Of a stretch of DNA of 64,000 bases, positions 17,750 through 27,234 are shown piece after piece. The position numbers and the translations under genes were made by a program. The notes beneath the pieces were generated by a model that was not told the DNA's origin, made no database searches, and saw only the letters and a list, made by a program, of their open reading frames with translations. The stretch covers positions 32,001 through 96,000 of the IMG/VR virus record IMGVR_UViG_3300021420_000001, one strand, 5' to 3'. The first letter of the stretch is position 1; every line of letters starts with the position of its first letter. Source of the DNA: a virus.

Positions 17750-18681
17750 GCCTCTATCGGTCTATTCATACCATCCAAAATACCGATCTGCTGGAGTGCC
17801 TTACCCACACAGTTTTCAGGAGAGAGCTTTTCCATGAACGCTTTCATCTGCGCAGCATGGACACCCTTCCAGGCCGTACGGGTAAGTATACACTGATCGT
17901 AAAAGCTTTCGATCGATGGCGCAAACCGTACGATCTCATCCCAAGGCTTACTGAGGAAGTGAGGTTCGGCGACAACTGGACGACCAAGACAAAGTGCGGT
18001 ATTGCAACGCGAAGAACTGACAAGCCCCATCTCCTCGAACTTCCTGATCTGTACGATGACCTTGGCCTGACGCATAATCCGATCGCGTTCGGTCTGATCC
18101 TTGAAGTCGGCGATGATACGTACACCCTTCTCGGAAAGATTAGCACGACGGGCGAGCATCTTCAATATCTTCAGGCGGCGCTTGGTCAACGACCCGTAGA
18201 AGCCGAAGTCATACGTCGGGGCGAAGTCTCCAGTACGCACGAGGGAAGGTGCGTAACCGAGTTCACAAGGTGCGGCAGGACAGAACTGACCATACCACTT
18301 GGTAACATGATCACCGGGAACGAGATGGATAATGCCCTCGGCATATTTGGCGGCTTCCGGGAAGGTCTTCTGGCGAAAGACCATCTCCTTTTGGGTACCT
18401 TGATTGAAACCCTTCTCGGAAGGTTCCTCAGTCGCCAGGATGATGAAGCGTGCGCCAGATTCATAGCCGTGCGCTAGAAGCTTTATGGCGTCGGGGGTGA
18501 AGCCTTCCACCACTATGTTCATGCCCTGACCTGCCAGGGTATTCAGGAACATGTGATTACGTTGATCCCAAACTATTTCGTGACCTAGAGCCCTGCAAGC
18601 ATGTCCGAAAATACCAACGACGTCTTCAAGTGATCGCTGCCCTAAATCACTGTGGTTGGCCATATTTACGAGGAAGTTCAA
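17725..18681 (-). CDS. Putative GT-B glycosyltransferase
   Basis: YDFGFYGSLTKRRLKIL, ERDRIMRQAKVIVQI, SSSRCNTAL..PVVAE resemble the C-domain of CgeB-like GTs. Confidence 0.7.
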   Translation of the reverse strand: MNFLVNMANHSDLGQRSLEDVVGIFGHACRALGHEIVWDQRNHMFLNTLAGQGMNIVVEGFTPDAIKLLAHGYESGARFIILATEEPSEKGFNQGTQKEMVFRQKTFPEAAKYAEGIIHLVPGDHVTKWYGQFCPAAPCELGYAPSLVRTGDFAPTYDFGFYGSLTKRRLKILKMLARRANLSEKGVRIIADFKDQTERDRIMRQAKVIVQIRKFEEMGLVSSSRCNTALCLGRPVVAEPHFLSKPWDEIVRFAPSIESFYDQCILTRTAWKGVHAAQMKAFMEKLSPENCVGKALQQIGILDGMNRPIEAWKQKAVA

Positions 18682-18860
18682 GACAGAACTTCCTTCTTAA
18701 ATTCCTCCAAAGAAACTAATTCCCCCTCAGTCAACCTCTTCCTACCTTCCCGCACATCAGAAATACGTTCGCATTCAGAACAGTACGCAAAGTGATCAAA
18801 AATCGAATGCTTACGCATAAAACCGTAGCCATGGATCAGGCACCAATCATCGTCACACAT
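18678..18860 (-). CDS. Small hypothetical protein
   Basis: 60 aa; CLIH and CSEC. Confidence 0.45.
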   Translation of the reverse strand: MCDDDWCLIHGYGFMRKHSIFDHFAYCSECERISDVREGRKRLTEGELVSLEEFKKEVLS

Positions 18861-18862
18861 TT

Positions 18863-19354
18863 TTACTCTACGACCTCGTAGGCTACGGCCCGCATCATAT
18901 CACCGGTTCTAATCAGAGGTTTAGCGCCAAAAGTTTTTGGATTGCTTGGATCGTATTTCGTATTCCCTGCTACGCCTCTGGCTCTAAGGGTAGCTGGCTT
19001 CAGTGGTGGCGTATTTGTGTCTTTAATTGATTGCCGTAACTGCTCAGCAATAAGAACTCCGGCTTCTCCTAAAGCTAGGTTTGTATCATAATTATGCTTC
19101 TTCAAAAGCCCTGCAAGTCCCGCAGGCCACTCGGGACTCTTTGCCTTCACCATATTACTGAAGAAAGGTCGTGGAGGAATTCCTGCTCTCGGTGCACCAT
19201 AATTCTGGATAGCGGCGATAAGCGCCACAGAAGTCCCGTTCGGATAGCGCGCACCGGCCAGAAAACCAACATGAAGCGTAGCATACTTATCTAATTTGGC
19301 CGTAATCTCGACCAGGGCCCTCTGGAGTTTGTCGCCGCCACGGATTTCGGCCAA
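18863..19354 (-). CDS. Neck/virion morphogenesis protein (HK97 gp10-like)
   Basis: VGFLAGARYPNGTSVALIAAIQNYG..IPPRPFF...PLKPATL...KPLIRTGDM. Confidence 0.85.
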   Translation of the reverse strand: MAEIRGGDKLQRALVEITAKLDKYATLHVGFLAGARYPNGTSVALIAAIQNYGAPRAGIPPRPFFSNMVKAKSPEWPAGLAGLLKKHNYDTNLALGEAGVLIAEQLRQSIKDTNTPPLKPATLRARGVAGNTKYDPSNPKTFGAKPLIRTGDMMRAVAYEVVE

Positions 19355-19360
19355 AGTCGA

Positions 19361-19702
19361 CTAGCCCCCAGAAGGGCCAGGGGCGGTCGCTGGGACGGGT
19401 TCCGCCGGAGGGGTGGGTGGGTGCCCATGAGCCCCGAGAGCCGCCTCCACGCCCGCTAGAACCCCGCTGGTATCGTTTACCTTGGCCTCTAGGGCTGTGA
19501 TCTGGGCTTCAAGGGCCGAAATCGTCCCTTTGAGGGCCGCAATATCGGCCCGATCGGCCGCACTCAGGTCGGAACTGAGGACGGGGCCGGCTGACGCTGG
19601 GTTGGATTCCAATGCGGCAAGGCGGGCTTCCACCTTGGGTTGCCACTGGCGGAAGGCGATTGCGTCTTCGTCAATACCCATTGGGTTTCTCCATATCCGC
19701 AA
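19361..19702 (-). CDS. Coiled-coil hypothetical protein
   Basis: Heptads RLAALES, IAALKGTISALEAQITALEAKV; Pro-rich tail. Confidence 0.6.
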   Translation of the reverse strand: MRIWRNPMGIDEDAIAFRQWQPKVEARLAALESNPASAGPVLSSDLSAADRADIAALKGTISALEAQITALEAKVNDTSGVLAGVEAALGAHGHPPTPPAEPVPATAPGPSGG

Positions 19703-19952
19703 ACATTTGCGAAAACGTATTGTACATATACAGGTTAAAAGCCTGCTCTTGCAAATAAGCAGTTGCTTCCAATACAGCCCGTCTCTTATTTTCCCAAACC
19801 CAATAAGGTTTTGACTGCAATAAATGTGCGGGAATAGAAAACGCCTTAACTATCTCAGCCTGAATTTGATCGTAAATCTCCTTGGCTTCAGCCGAAGACC
19901 AAACAATTTCAACTACCGGTTCCATTTCAGAACTCGATCTGGTGCCAAGCAC
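19671..19952 (-). CDS. Hypothetical protein
   Basis: ORF in operon orientation filling the gap. Confidence 0.45.
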   Translation of the reverse strand: MLGTRSSSEMEPVVEIVWSSAEAKEIYDQIQAEIVKAFSIPAHLLQSKPYWVWENKRRAVLEATAYLQEQAFNLYMYNTFSQMFADMEKPNGY

Positions 19953-20667
19953 CGTTACGCTTTTGCATCGCCCAGAGCCGGTCAGCGGTGGAAACCTGGC
20001 CGAAGACCTCCACTATAGCCTGGGTCACACCGGGATGATAGCTACGACCCGCGTCGTGGGCATCGGACTGGCCTTCGCTGATCATTTGCTGATGATGAGC
20101 ATGGTCTTGAAGTTCGTGGTACTGAAGCTGGAGATCATCCCCACAAAGGACGCCGCCATCACGAACTAAATGCGCAGCACCCACAATATCAAATTTAGCG
20201 GTTTGATAGCGATGATCGCCGTCAATAAAAACAATGTCAAAACTTTCATAGGTCAAATCCAACTTTATCAAAGCAGTAGCAGAAGCCTCTTTGATCACCT
20301 TCAGCCGCTTGTCGATCCCGAGTACCTTCATATTGTGCCAGAACAACTGCTCGATCTGGCCAGACCGCGCCGCCTCGTCCATGATCCTGTGGGTCTCGGA
20401 AACGTTGTTATTGAAGTAGGGAGCCCACTGGTCGATGGCGATGAAATTAGCTCCAGAATAGGCGGCTTGGTCCCAAGTGTGAAGGGACGCTCCGGCCCAA
20501 GAACCAACCTCAAGAACGGTTAATGAATTAGAATGAGGTGCAGATTGGTCCGCTATCTTGAGCAAACTACGGAAATGCGGCAGGTACTTTTCATATGGTC
20601 CCTGCTCCGAGATCAGGAACTCGCCGAAGTAGGGCTGGCCGCTTTGGAGGATTTCGTCGAGGGTCAT
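19927..20667 (-). CDS. Class I SAM methyltransferase (Methyltransf_24-like)
   Basis: VLEVGSWAGAS, IAIDQW, FDIVFIDGDHRY, GGVLCGDD. Confidence 0.9.
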   Translation of the reverse strand: MTLDEILQSGQPYFGEFLISEQGPYEKYLPHFRSLLKIADQSAPHSNSLTVLEVGSWAGASLHTWDQAAYSGANFIAIDQWAPYFNNNVSETHRIMDEAARSGQIEQLFWHNMKVLGIDKRLKVIKEASATALIKLDLTYESFDIVFIDGDHRYQTAKFDIVGAAHLVRDGGVLCGDDLQLQYHELQDHAHHQQMISEGQSDAHDAGRSYHPGVTQAIVEVFGQVSTADRLWAMQKRNGAWHQIEF

Positions 20668-21119
20668 ACTATCTGATTGCCCCTAACTTTATGCCGGTAT
20701 CGAGAATGATGTAGCCACAAATAAATAGTGCACAACTTGCAGCCATTATCCGAATGAAAAGTTCAAATGAACTCATGTAATTGCCAATACAAGAACGCAA
20801 ATCAGAAAGGTCAGCGACCCAATTACGATCCAATCTGTGAACGTTAGACACATTTTACTTCTTCGGGATCTGTTTCAGGACCTTGACCAGATCGTCCACG
20901 AGCTTGCCGACGAAGAACGTATCGGCTGGAACTGGAATTCGCCCGTCTTTGCTCATGACAACCTTGGCTTGATCTTTGGCCATACGAGAGCTAGCACATT
21001 ACGTGCTTGCAACTTAAGGAGCAACTCAGGATCAAGATCAGTGACGCTATTATTATGTCCCGCAGACGCCCGCTGGATAGCAGCCTTGATTTCCTCTTCC
21101 AATTGCTGTGCTTCTAAGT

Positions 21120-21905
21120 TCACGTACACACCAGATGAATTGCCTGTTGCAGAACTGGATCTTTCGGATAACGATCCCCGATCAGAGCCTTATCGACCGG
21201 GGAAAGCTTATCCCAACCATACGAGACGGGTGGATCACTAACTCCAAACCGTGCCCAGGCCAACATACGTGGTCTCCGGGGTCTCGGGGCCATGTGCATC
21301 CCACGTGGATCGGTCAGGAAGATCGTACCGGCCTTACCCGTCATAGCCGTAACGACGTTATCGGGTGGGGCCTCGTAATTGTAACCCAGGTTCTGATTGC
21401 TAGGATTCGGATAGAACTTCTGCGAACCGCGCTGATACAGATGAGCGCCGTCTTCCTTCATCTCGATGTCCGTCCCCATGAAGAACACGACCAACTGTTG
21501 CCGGTCGTCGCCATCGATATGCCACCAATGTGTATCCGCGTACTTGGGCACGTTAGGCGGGACGGGCTGGGTCCAGAACGCATTCATGGAGTAGAGGAGC
21601 GGTGGCTCACCATCAAAATATTGTTGGACAAGTGGGTAAAGGCCAAGAGCCGTTTCCAGGATGTGGGGCGCGGTCACAACGTCCTGCATCGAGTGGCAGA
21701 ACATCGGCCAAGCTTGATGCCCCAGATAAACGCTCTTGAACGTGTCTCTAGCCGTAGCCTTAGCCGCCACGTGGGCGTTATAGACTTCAGTTTTGTACAG
21801 ATGCTCAATAACATCCTGGACCGGAAACGTAGTCGGTATCTTCGCGATGCCGTCCCGACGCATATCACCGAGGACAAGGGCTTGCCACTGGAGAGCGATG
21901 TTCAC
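21120..21905 (-). CDS. 2OG-Fe(II) dioxygenase (PhyH-like)
   Basis: WHIDGDD (HxD), GAHLYQRGS, GKAGTIFLTDPRGMH, distal Arg. Confidence 0.8.
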   Translation of the reverse strand: MNIALQWQALVLGDMRRDGIAKIPTTFPVQDVIEHLYKTEVYNAHVAAKATARDTFKSVYLGHQAWPMFCHSMQDVVTAPHILETALGLYPLVQQYFDGEPPLLYSMNAFWTQPVPPNVPKYADTHWWHIDGDDRQQLVVFFMGTDIEMKEDGAHLYQRGSQKFYPNPSNQNLGYNYEAPPDNVVTAMTGKAGTIFLTDPRGMHMAPRPRRPRMLAWARFGVSDPPVSYGWDKLSPVDKALIGDRYPKDPVLQQAIHLVCT

Positions 21906-22462
21906 AATGAAGGTTCCTTATAGCAGTAGGCAATGCCGAGAAGGGTGCCAATCGTAGTGAATTGCTTCCCTTTAGCCTTCAACTCCTCGACAAACTCGTA
22001 AGCAATAATTGTGGACTGATTACCCGCGTAAGGGATGACATCATGAAACGCAATAACACCACCTTCGCTCACTAGAGGCTCGTAATTGTAGTAATCAGCA
22101 CGAAGTCCGTCGTAGCTTTTGTCGCCATCGATAAATAGTAGATCGAAGGGAGACAAATAGACGCAGCGGCCTACAGTATAGCGAGCGTGACTGTCACCCC
22201 AAATAATCCCCTCTCCTTTGTAGGGAGAGCCGTCCTCAAGTTCGACCGTCCACGCATGCTTGAACAGATTAGCAAAGACAAACTGAGAAGCACCGGGGAC
22301 ACCAAGCCCAATCTGTAGGCAACGATCCCGCTTATTCAGCTTTGAGACAAACTCGGTAAACTCTTCCCGGACTTGTTGGATGGCAGACATTTCATTGCCA
22401 TCACCTAGCCAACCACTCCAAGGCAAGAAACGAGAGTCGTTTACGAGAGCGTCCAGGTCCAT
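21902..22462 (-). CDS. Class I SAM methyltransferase (Methyltransf_24-like)
   Basis: LQIGLG, WGDSH, FDLLFIDGDKSY, GGVIAFHDV. Confidence 0.87.
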   Translation of the reverse strand: MDLDALVNDSRFLPWSGWLGDGNEMSAIQQVREEFTEFVSKLNKRDRCLQIGLGVPGASQFVFANLFKHAWTVELEDGSPYKGEGIIWGDSHARYTVGRCVYLSPFDLLFIDGDKSYDGLRADYYNYEPLVSEGGVIAFHDVIPYAGNQSTIIAYEFVEELKAKGKQFTTIGTLLGIAYCYKEPSL

Positions 22463-23133
22463 TAGAGAGGAATTTCCTTATCTACGTTCCACTGACTCGT
22501 GTGCTCGATTACCACAGCGGGGTAGTCATGCCGCCACCGCTCCAGGAAGAGGGCCTCGTCGGCGGAGTTGGGGGCGGTACTAACATGGAAGTGTCCATGA
22601 AGCTCAATGACTGCATGAGGGTCAGTAGCCACAGCGCCACCGGCACGCCAGCAACGTAGGCTAAGGTCCACATCACCATAGTGAGCAACATATGACTCGT
22701 CAAAGAAACCACCAATCGCGTCAATTGTCTTACGGGAAAGCATACCCCAGCGCGCGTATTGTTTGCCTTTGATCGTACAGATCCTGTAATGACCCTCAGT
22801 CACGGGCGGATGGGTGCGGAACTCGGCAATGAAGGGCTCTACCTGGCGGTCAAGAAACCCAGCCATAATATCCAGAGCATGAGGCCAAGGAAAACATATG
22901 TCGGAAAGCCAGCAGATGTGCGTCGCCGTAGGATCAGTCTGGCCGTAAGCAAACCCAAGAACCCGGGCACTGCCCAGATGATCGTCCCTGACACACTTGG
23001 CTCCGGTTACGTCAAAATCAAAGTGCGGGGATGCGACGATGACTTCTTGCACCCGATCGTTCATCCACAACCGATCGACAACTTGTTGGGCTTGTTCCTG
23101 TAAGCGCGCGGCGGGGAGGATGACAGAGATCAC
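22462..23133 (-). CDS. Glycosyltransferase family 2-like
   Basis: ISVILPA, EVIVAS, IGGFFDESY..YGDVDLSLRCWRAG. Confidence 0.85.
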   Translation of the reverse strand: MISVILPAARLQEQAQQVVDRLWMNDRVQEVIVASPHFDFDVTGAKCVRDDHLGSARVLGFAYGQTDPTATHICWLSDICFPWPHALDIMAGFLDRQVEPFIAEFRTHPPVTEGHYRICTIKGKQYARWGMLSRKTIDAIGGFFDESYVAHYGDVDLSLRCWRAGGAVATDPHAVIELHGHFHVSTAPNSADEALFLERWRHDYPAVVIEHTSQWNVDKEIPL

Positions 23134-23366
23134 GCGCTATTTCCATTCCTCGCGTAACCTTTAGCAACCAGAACTTGCGCAATATGCGCAAATTTCTGGC
23201 GCGTCACCGACATTGCATCCTTCCAAGCGTCGTCAAACATCTTCCCAGCCAGTTCCGGGGAATAAGCCATAACGCCTGACTCGCCAAAGTCCCAGATAAA
23301 ATCCGCTTCAGCTATATCTCGCGCGAGTTCAGCTATATCTCGCGCGAGTTTCTCTATATCAGACAT
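23130..23366 (-). CDS. Small hypothetical protein
   Basis: 78 aa; contains a 7-aa tandem duplication. Confidence 0.5.
   Translation of the reverse strand: MSDIEKLARDIAELARDIAEADFIWDFGESGVMAYSPELAGKMFDDAWKDAMSVTRQKFAHIAQVLVAKGYARNGNSA
23307..23350. repeat. Perfect 21-bp tandem duplication
   Basis: ttcagctatatctcgcgcgag twice; in-frame, encodes LARDIAE twice. Confidence 0.9.
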
Positions 23367-24255
23367 GTAAGCCTGCCTTGGTCAGAACCTTGCCCCAAAA
23401 AACTTCAGGACTATGTTCTGTAACCATCTTCTTGTGGAACTTCTCGGCCACAGCCTTTATCGCAAAGTCTGGTACGTCTCGGTTCAGGTTCAAGATATCT
23501 TCAAGGGAATCATACTCGATGTAATCTTCGCCTGGACTGAACCATTTGTTGAGCGGCGAATTACGAACCTCTAGTACAGCAGAGCCAGCAAAACCTGCCT
23601 CGATCACGCGACCCTTGACGTGAAGATGAGCGCCCGTACCTGTCTCTGCGCAATTCAGCGTCAGCTTAGTCTGATCCATGATCTGAGCGAAGTCGTTATA
23701 GGAACGTCCAACTGGACCCTGACGGAAGTCGATTAAGCTGCGTGACTGAAGCTCCCGGATCAGTTTATCGCGATGCCCAGTACCGCCAATCATCCCAAGC
23801 TTGATAGTGCGTTGGTCCCAAGGCAGAGGATTGAACGAGCGCGGGTCTGTGGGCGTTAGGAGTGTGATGCCCTCAGCGAAAGAAGCAATCGGCGTTTCAA
23901 AGCTGCCGTCGATTGCCACCATCGTCGTAAAGCATTCTTTTGCATGATACTCCTCAAGGACCGGCCACCAGGGATAGTCCGCTGCGTCACCACAAATGAG
24001 AATAAGCGGCGCTACGGCTCGCAATCGTTGCAGGGTGGGAGGACTGGGAACCGGGCGTCCGTGGGAAGGCTCGTAAGCACCCACGTAAACCATGAAATCA
24101 GGCTTGGAAACTCTTGCAAGCTCGATGAGCTCGTCATGACGATCATGAGGGCGATCATCGTACTGAGCAACTTGAACTTCATGTCCTATAGCCTCTAGCG
24201 AACGCCAGAAGGGTTCGCAATTGCTGGTATGAGTGACGAATACAAGTACCCTCAT
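23359..24255 (-). CDS. GT-B glycosyltransferase (CgeB/Glyco_trans_1_2-like), paralog 1
   Basis: HVKGRVIEAGFAGSAVLE, WFSPGEDYIEY; strongly similar to 25210..26109. Confidence 0.85.
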   Translation of the reverse strand: MRVLVFVTHTSNCEPFWRSLEAIGHEVQVAQYDDRPHDRHDELIELARVSKPDFMVYVGAYEPSHGRPVPSPPTLQRLRAVAPLILICGDAADYPWWPVLEEYHAKECFTTMVAIDGSFETPIASFAEGITLLTPTDPRSFNPLPWDQRTIKLGMIGGTGHRDKLIRELQSRSLIDFRQGPVGRSYNDFAQIMDQTKLTLNCAETGTGAHLHVKGRVIEAGFAGSAVLEVRNSPLNKWFSPGEDYIEYDSLEDILNLNRDVPDFAIKAVAEKFHKKMVTEHSPEVFWGKVLTKAGLHV

Positions 24256-24524
24256 TGAGAATTTGCCGCCGTCCAGGCTTTCATATTCTCCATTCCTTGA
24301 GGGCTAATAAGCAGTTGACCCCGCGTTGATCCGTCCGGATAAGACGCTCGGGTAAGCCAACGAACCTCTTCCGTACCAACGATACCTAAGAACTTTTCCA
24401 TAGCGTCAGGTGTCATTCGGGGAAGGTCTCGGTAGACCCAACCGTCAGCCCGTAAAGTTTCGCCAGGGAACGGTTCACCTTCAGGTAGAGGCCAACTATC
24501 CATCCAATCTTTCAGTGCACTCAT
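24252..24524 (-). CDS. Hypothetical protein
   Basis: 90 aa; ATGA overlaps on both sides. Confidence 0.6.
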   Translation of the reverse strand: MSALKDWMDSWPLPEGEPFPGETLRADGWVYRDLPRMTPDAMEKFLGIVGTEEVRWLTRASYPDGSTRGQLLISPQGMENMKAWTAANSQ

Positions 24525-25102
24525 GCCGGGAACACAAAGCAGAAGCCACGCTTGGAACCACTCACCGCCTTAGCATACTCGATGCGGTAGGTCGGGCTCC
24601 ACTTGAGCAATTCAGGACGGATGAAGGCTTCGTTCATCTCGTGATAAACGCCATTCACGATCATGTGGTCCCAACCGAAGTCGTTCTCGTGGCCGGGGAC
24701 CTGGAAATCATGGAAGACGAGGATGCCTTTGCCAGGAGTAATTGCACGGATTTCATCCAGGGTCGGGCATTCACCGTCCCAGTGCGCATCGATGAAGAAG
24801 ATCGTATTACTTGGAAGATCGTACATAATGGAAGTAAGCACTTCCGGGGAATGCCCCGTCAAGAATTTGAAGTTGGGCATACCAGCCAAGGCTAGACGCT
24901 GATTGGCAACCTCGACGCACTTAGGGTCGTGATCAATCCCAATGTAGTTCGGCACCATCTTGGAAAATGCGAGAGAAGATTGACCATCGTTCAGGCCGGT
25001 TTCTACGACGGTGTCAATGGCATGCTCCGCAATGATCTCTGCCAAGCGATCCCGCAGGTTGAAATCGTCAAGTGCGTAATTCGGACCGGGCCAGTAACCC
25101 AT
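24521..25102 (-). CDS. Class I SAM methyltransferase-like
   Basis: VVETGLNDG, IGIDHD, GHSPEVL, IFFIDAHW, LVFHDF. Confidence 0.82.
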   Translation of the reverse strand: MGYWPGPNYALDDFNLRDRLAEIIAEHAIDTVVETGLNDGQSSLAFSKMVPNYIGIDHDPKCVEVANQRLALAGMPNFKFLTGHSPEVLTSIMYDLPSNTIFFIDAHWDGECPTLDEIRAITPGKGILVFHDFQVPGHENDFGWDHMIVNGVYHEMNEAFIRPELLKWSPTYRIEYAKAVSGSKRGFCFVFPA

Positions 25103-25209
25103 AATAATTTACCACTGATGTCCGCACTTGGCACAATATCCGTGGGCCTTTGTACCTGGAGCTCGGGCATGCCGAAAGTGAAATCTTCTATGAAACAACC
25201 AACACCACA

Positions 25210-26109
25210 TTACGATCGCCCCAAAGCCTTTGTCAGTACCCGCTGCCAGAATAAAAGCGGGTGGTGCCGCGTGAACACCTTACAATGGAACCTAGCCGCC
25301 ATCTGCCGTAAATGATCATCGTCCGTGATTTCGACAATCTGAGCAGCTTCCTCGGCGTTATCGAACTCCAAATAGTCAACGCCAGGCTCGAACCAGTTCT
25401 TGGTCGGGGAACCGCGCTTCTCCAAAAGGACTGAACCTGCAAAGCCGGTCTCCACAACCCGACCCTTGACATGCATACTCTGAGTCGAACCCGTGATCCC
25501 GTAATTGTACGTGATCTTGGTATTACACATGATCGCACCCATCTCATCGTAGGTACGACCAATAGGACCTTGCCGAAAGTCAATAAGACCCTTCTGTTGG
25601 AGAGCCTCGGTCGTGGCCTTACGCTCTGAGTGGCCTAAGCCACCAACCATACCGAGCTTGATTGTCTTCTGCTCCCAAGGGACGGGCTTGAAGGAGCGCC
25701 AATCAATCGGCGTCAGCTCCAGCATCCCATTCTCGAAGCGGTCAATGGGTGTTCCAGGAGCGCCATCGATACTTACCTGGACCGTGAAGCACTTTTCCTT
25801 TTCGTAGACTTCTAGCATCGGCCACCAAGGCGGGTCTCCGGCGTCGTCACACATGTGCACCATTGGTGCCACAGAGTTGAGGGCACGAAGAACGTCTGGC
25901 TGGGGCACGGGACGACCATGATATTGTTCGATGGCCCCGATAAATAGAATGAAATCCGGACGCCAAGATCTAGCGGTATCCACGAGTTCGTGGTGCTGTT
26001 CATGCGGGCGGTTGTCATATTGCTGCGTGAAGACTTCGTGTCCGATAGACTGAAGGGAACGGTATTTATTTTCGCAGTCCGTGTAAGTTATCAGGCACAA
26101 AACTCTCAT
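25210..26109 (-). CDS. GT-B glycosyltransferase (CgeB/Glyco_trans_1_2-like), paralog 2
   Basis: HVKGRVVETGFAGSVLLE, WFEPGVDYLEF. Confidence 0.85.
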   Translation of the reverse strand: MRVLCLITYTDCENKYRSLQSIGHEVFTQQYDNRPHEQHHELVDTARSWRPDFILFIGAIEQYHGRPVPQPDVLRALNSVAPMVHMCDDAGDPPWWPMLEVYEKEKCFTVQVSIDGAPGTPIDRFENGMLELTPIDWRSFKPVPWEQKTIKLGMVGGLGHSERKATTEALQQKGLIDFRQGPIGRTYDEMGAIMCNTKITYNYGITGSTQSMHVKGRVVETGFAGSVLLEKRGSPTKNWFEPGVDYLEFDNAEEAAQIVEITDDDHLRQMAARFHCKVFTRHHPLLFWQRVLTKALGRS

Positions 26110-26297
26110 TTCTTTTCAACCGCAAACGCAAGATTCAAATACCCTTTTGCCAAAGACTCCTTGAGCTCATCAAAAAGTATAGCAGACTCGTATTTCGTTT
26201 TGCAACGTAATGTAATTCGCACAGATCCATCCGACATGAGATCTAATTCAAAGTTCTGGGCAGCAACCAATTCCGATTTAACGGCTACAACACCCAC
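26106..26297 (-). CDS. Small hypothetical protein
   Basis: 63 aa, abutting neighbours. Confidence 0.45.
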   Translation of the reverse strand: MGVVAVKSELVAAQNFELDLMSDGSVRITLRCKTKYESAILFDELKESLAKGYLNLAFAVEKK

Positions 26298-26507
26298 CTA
26301 TTCCTTCCTCTCAATGTACTTGGCCGGACCCTGCTTCAACCGTTCCGCCCTGGACATACGCACGCGCTTGGTATTCTTCAGAGCATTACGACGATAGCCC
26401 CGATAAGTGGAAGCAGCGCGAGGCGGTTTGCGCTTAGGCGGAGCCTGAACGACGACACGACCTGGAATGTAGCGTTCGATCACGGCAACCAATCCTTCAA
26501 CATCCAA
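26298..26507 (-). CDS. Small basic hypothetical protein
   Basis: 69 aa, Arg/Lys-rich. Confidence 0.45.
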   Translation of the reverse strand: MDVEGLVAVIERYIPGRVVVQAPPKRKPPRAASTYRGYRRNALKNTKRVRMSRAERLKQGPAKYIERKE

Positions 26508-26598
26508 GCCAAACTAAATCCAACACCAAATGCCCCACAAGACATCAGCAGTGGCGCGTAACGATCACGATTCGACATTTGCCCCCAACGAGTACGAA

Positions 26599-27219
26599 TC
26601 AACTCAGTAACTCCCTTAGAGCACCTGAGTCACGCATACCACGAGCTAGGTCACCGTGCGAGAATCCAGGCACAACAGTTGGCTTGACGCCAATCCGCTC
26701 GATCATCTGCCGGTCCAGTCGCGTATCAGGGCCGTCACTGATGAACGCTTTCACAACTGGGATTGGACCGTCCTTGAAGTAGGGAAGAAGTTCCACGTCC
26801 GGGTTGGCGGGGTCCACGATGAAGGGATGGTCAACCGGGTCGAACCCATTAGGCTGGCGCGAGGTCAGAGCTGATATTGCAATGACTTCGTCCGCATGCC
26901 CCAATTGTCCGTATAGTAGTGCTGCATAAGCTCCAGAAGACACGCCGATAGTAATGACGTACTTGTCATAATGGTCCCAAAAATTGGCGATATAGTCTCC
27001 AACCTCCCCTTGGTCACCAATTCCCTGAACACCGTAATGATGATAGCGCTGGGTTGAGTCCCGCATCAGGACGTAAGAGCAATCCAATTGCTCCAGCGTC
27101 TTTCCGAATTGATAGACATTCTGTGGTCCGCCGGCAAAGGCGATGACCAATCGATCAGAAGGCTTCAGATGTTCTTCGTAATCCACCAAGCGCAACTCGA
27201 CCCGTTTACCATTGACCAT
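26599..27219 (-). CDS. Alpha/beta hydrolase-fold protein (esterase/acyltransferase-like)
   Basis: LVIAFAG oxyanion strand, GVSSG nucleophile elbow followed by AYAALLYG, Asp (RLD), His (FSHG). Confidence 0.75.
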   Translation of the reverse strand: MVNGKRVELRLVDYEEHLKPSDRLVIAFAGGPQNVYQFGKTLEQLDCSYVLMRDSTQRYHHYGVQGIGDQGEVGDYIANFWDHYDKYVITIGVSSGAYAALLYGQLGHADEVIAISALTSRQPNGFDPVDHPFIVDPANPDVELLPYFKDGPIPVVKAFISDGPDTRLDRQMIERIGVKPTVVPGFSHGDLARGMRDSGALRELLS

Positions 27220-27234
27220 GACCTAACCATACGC

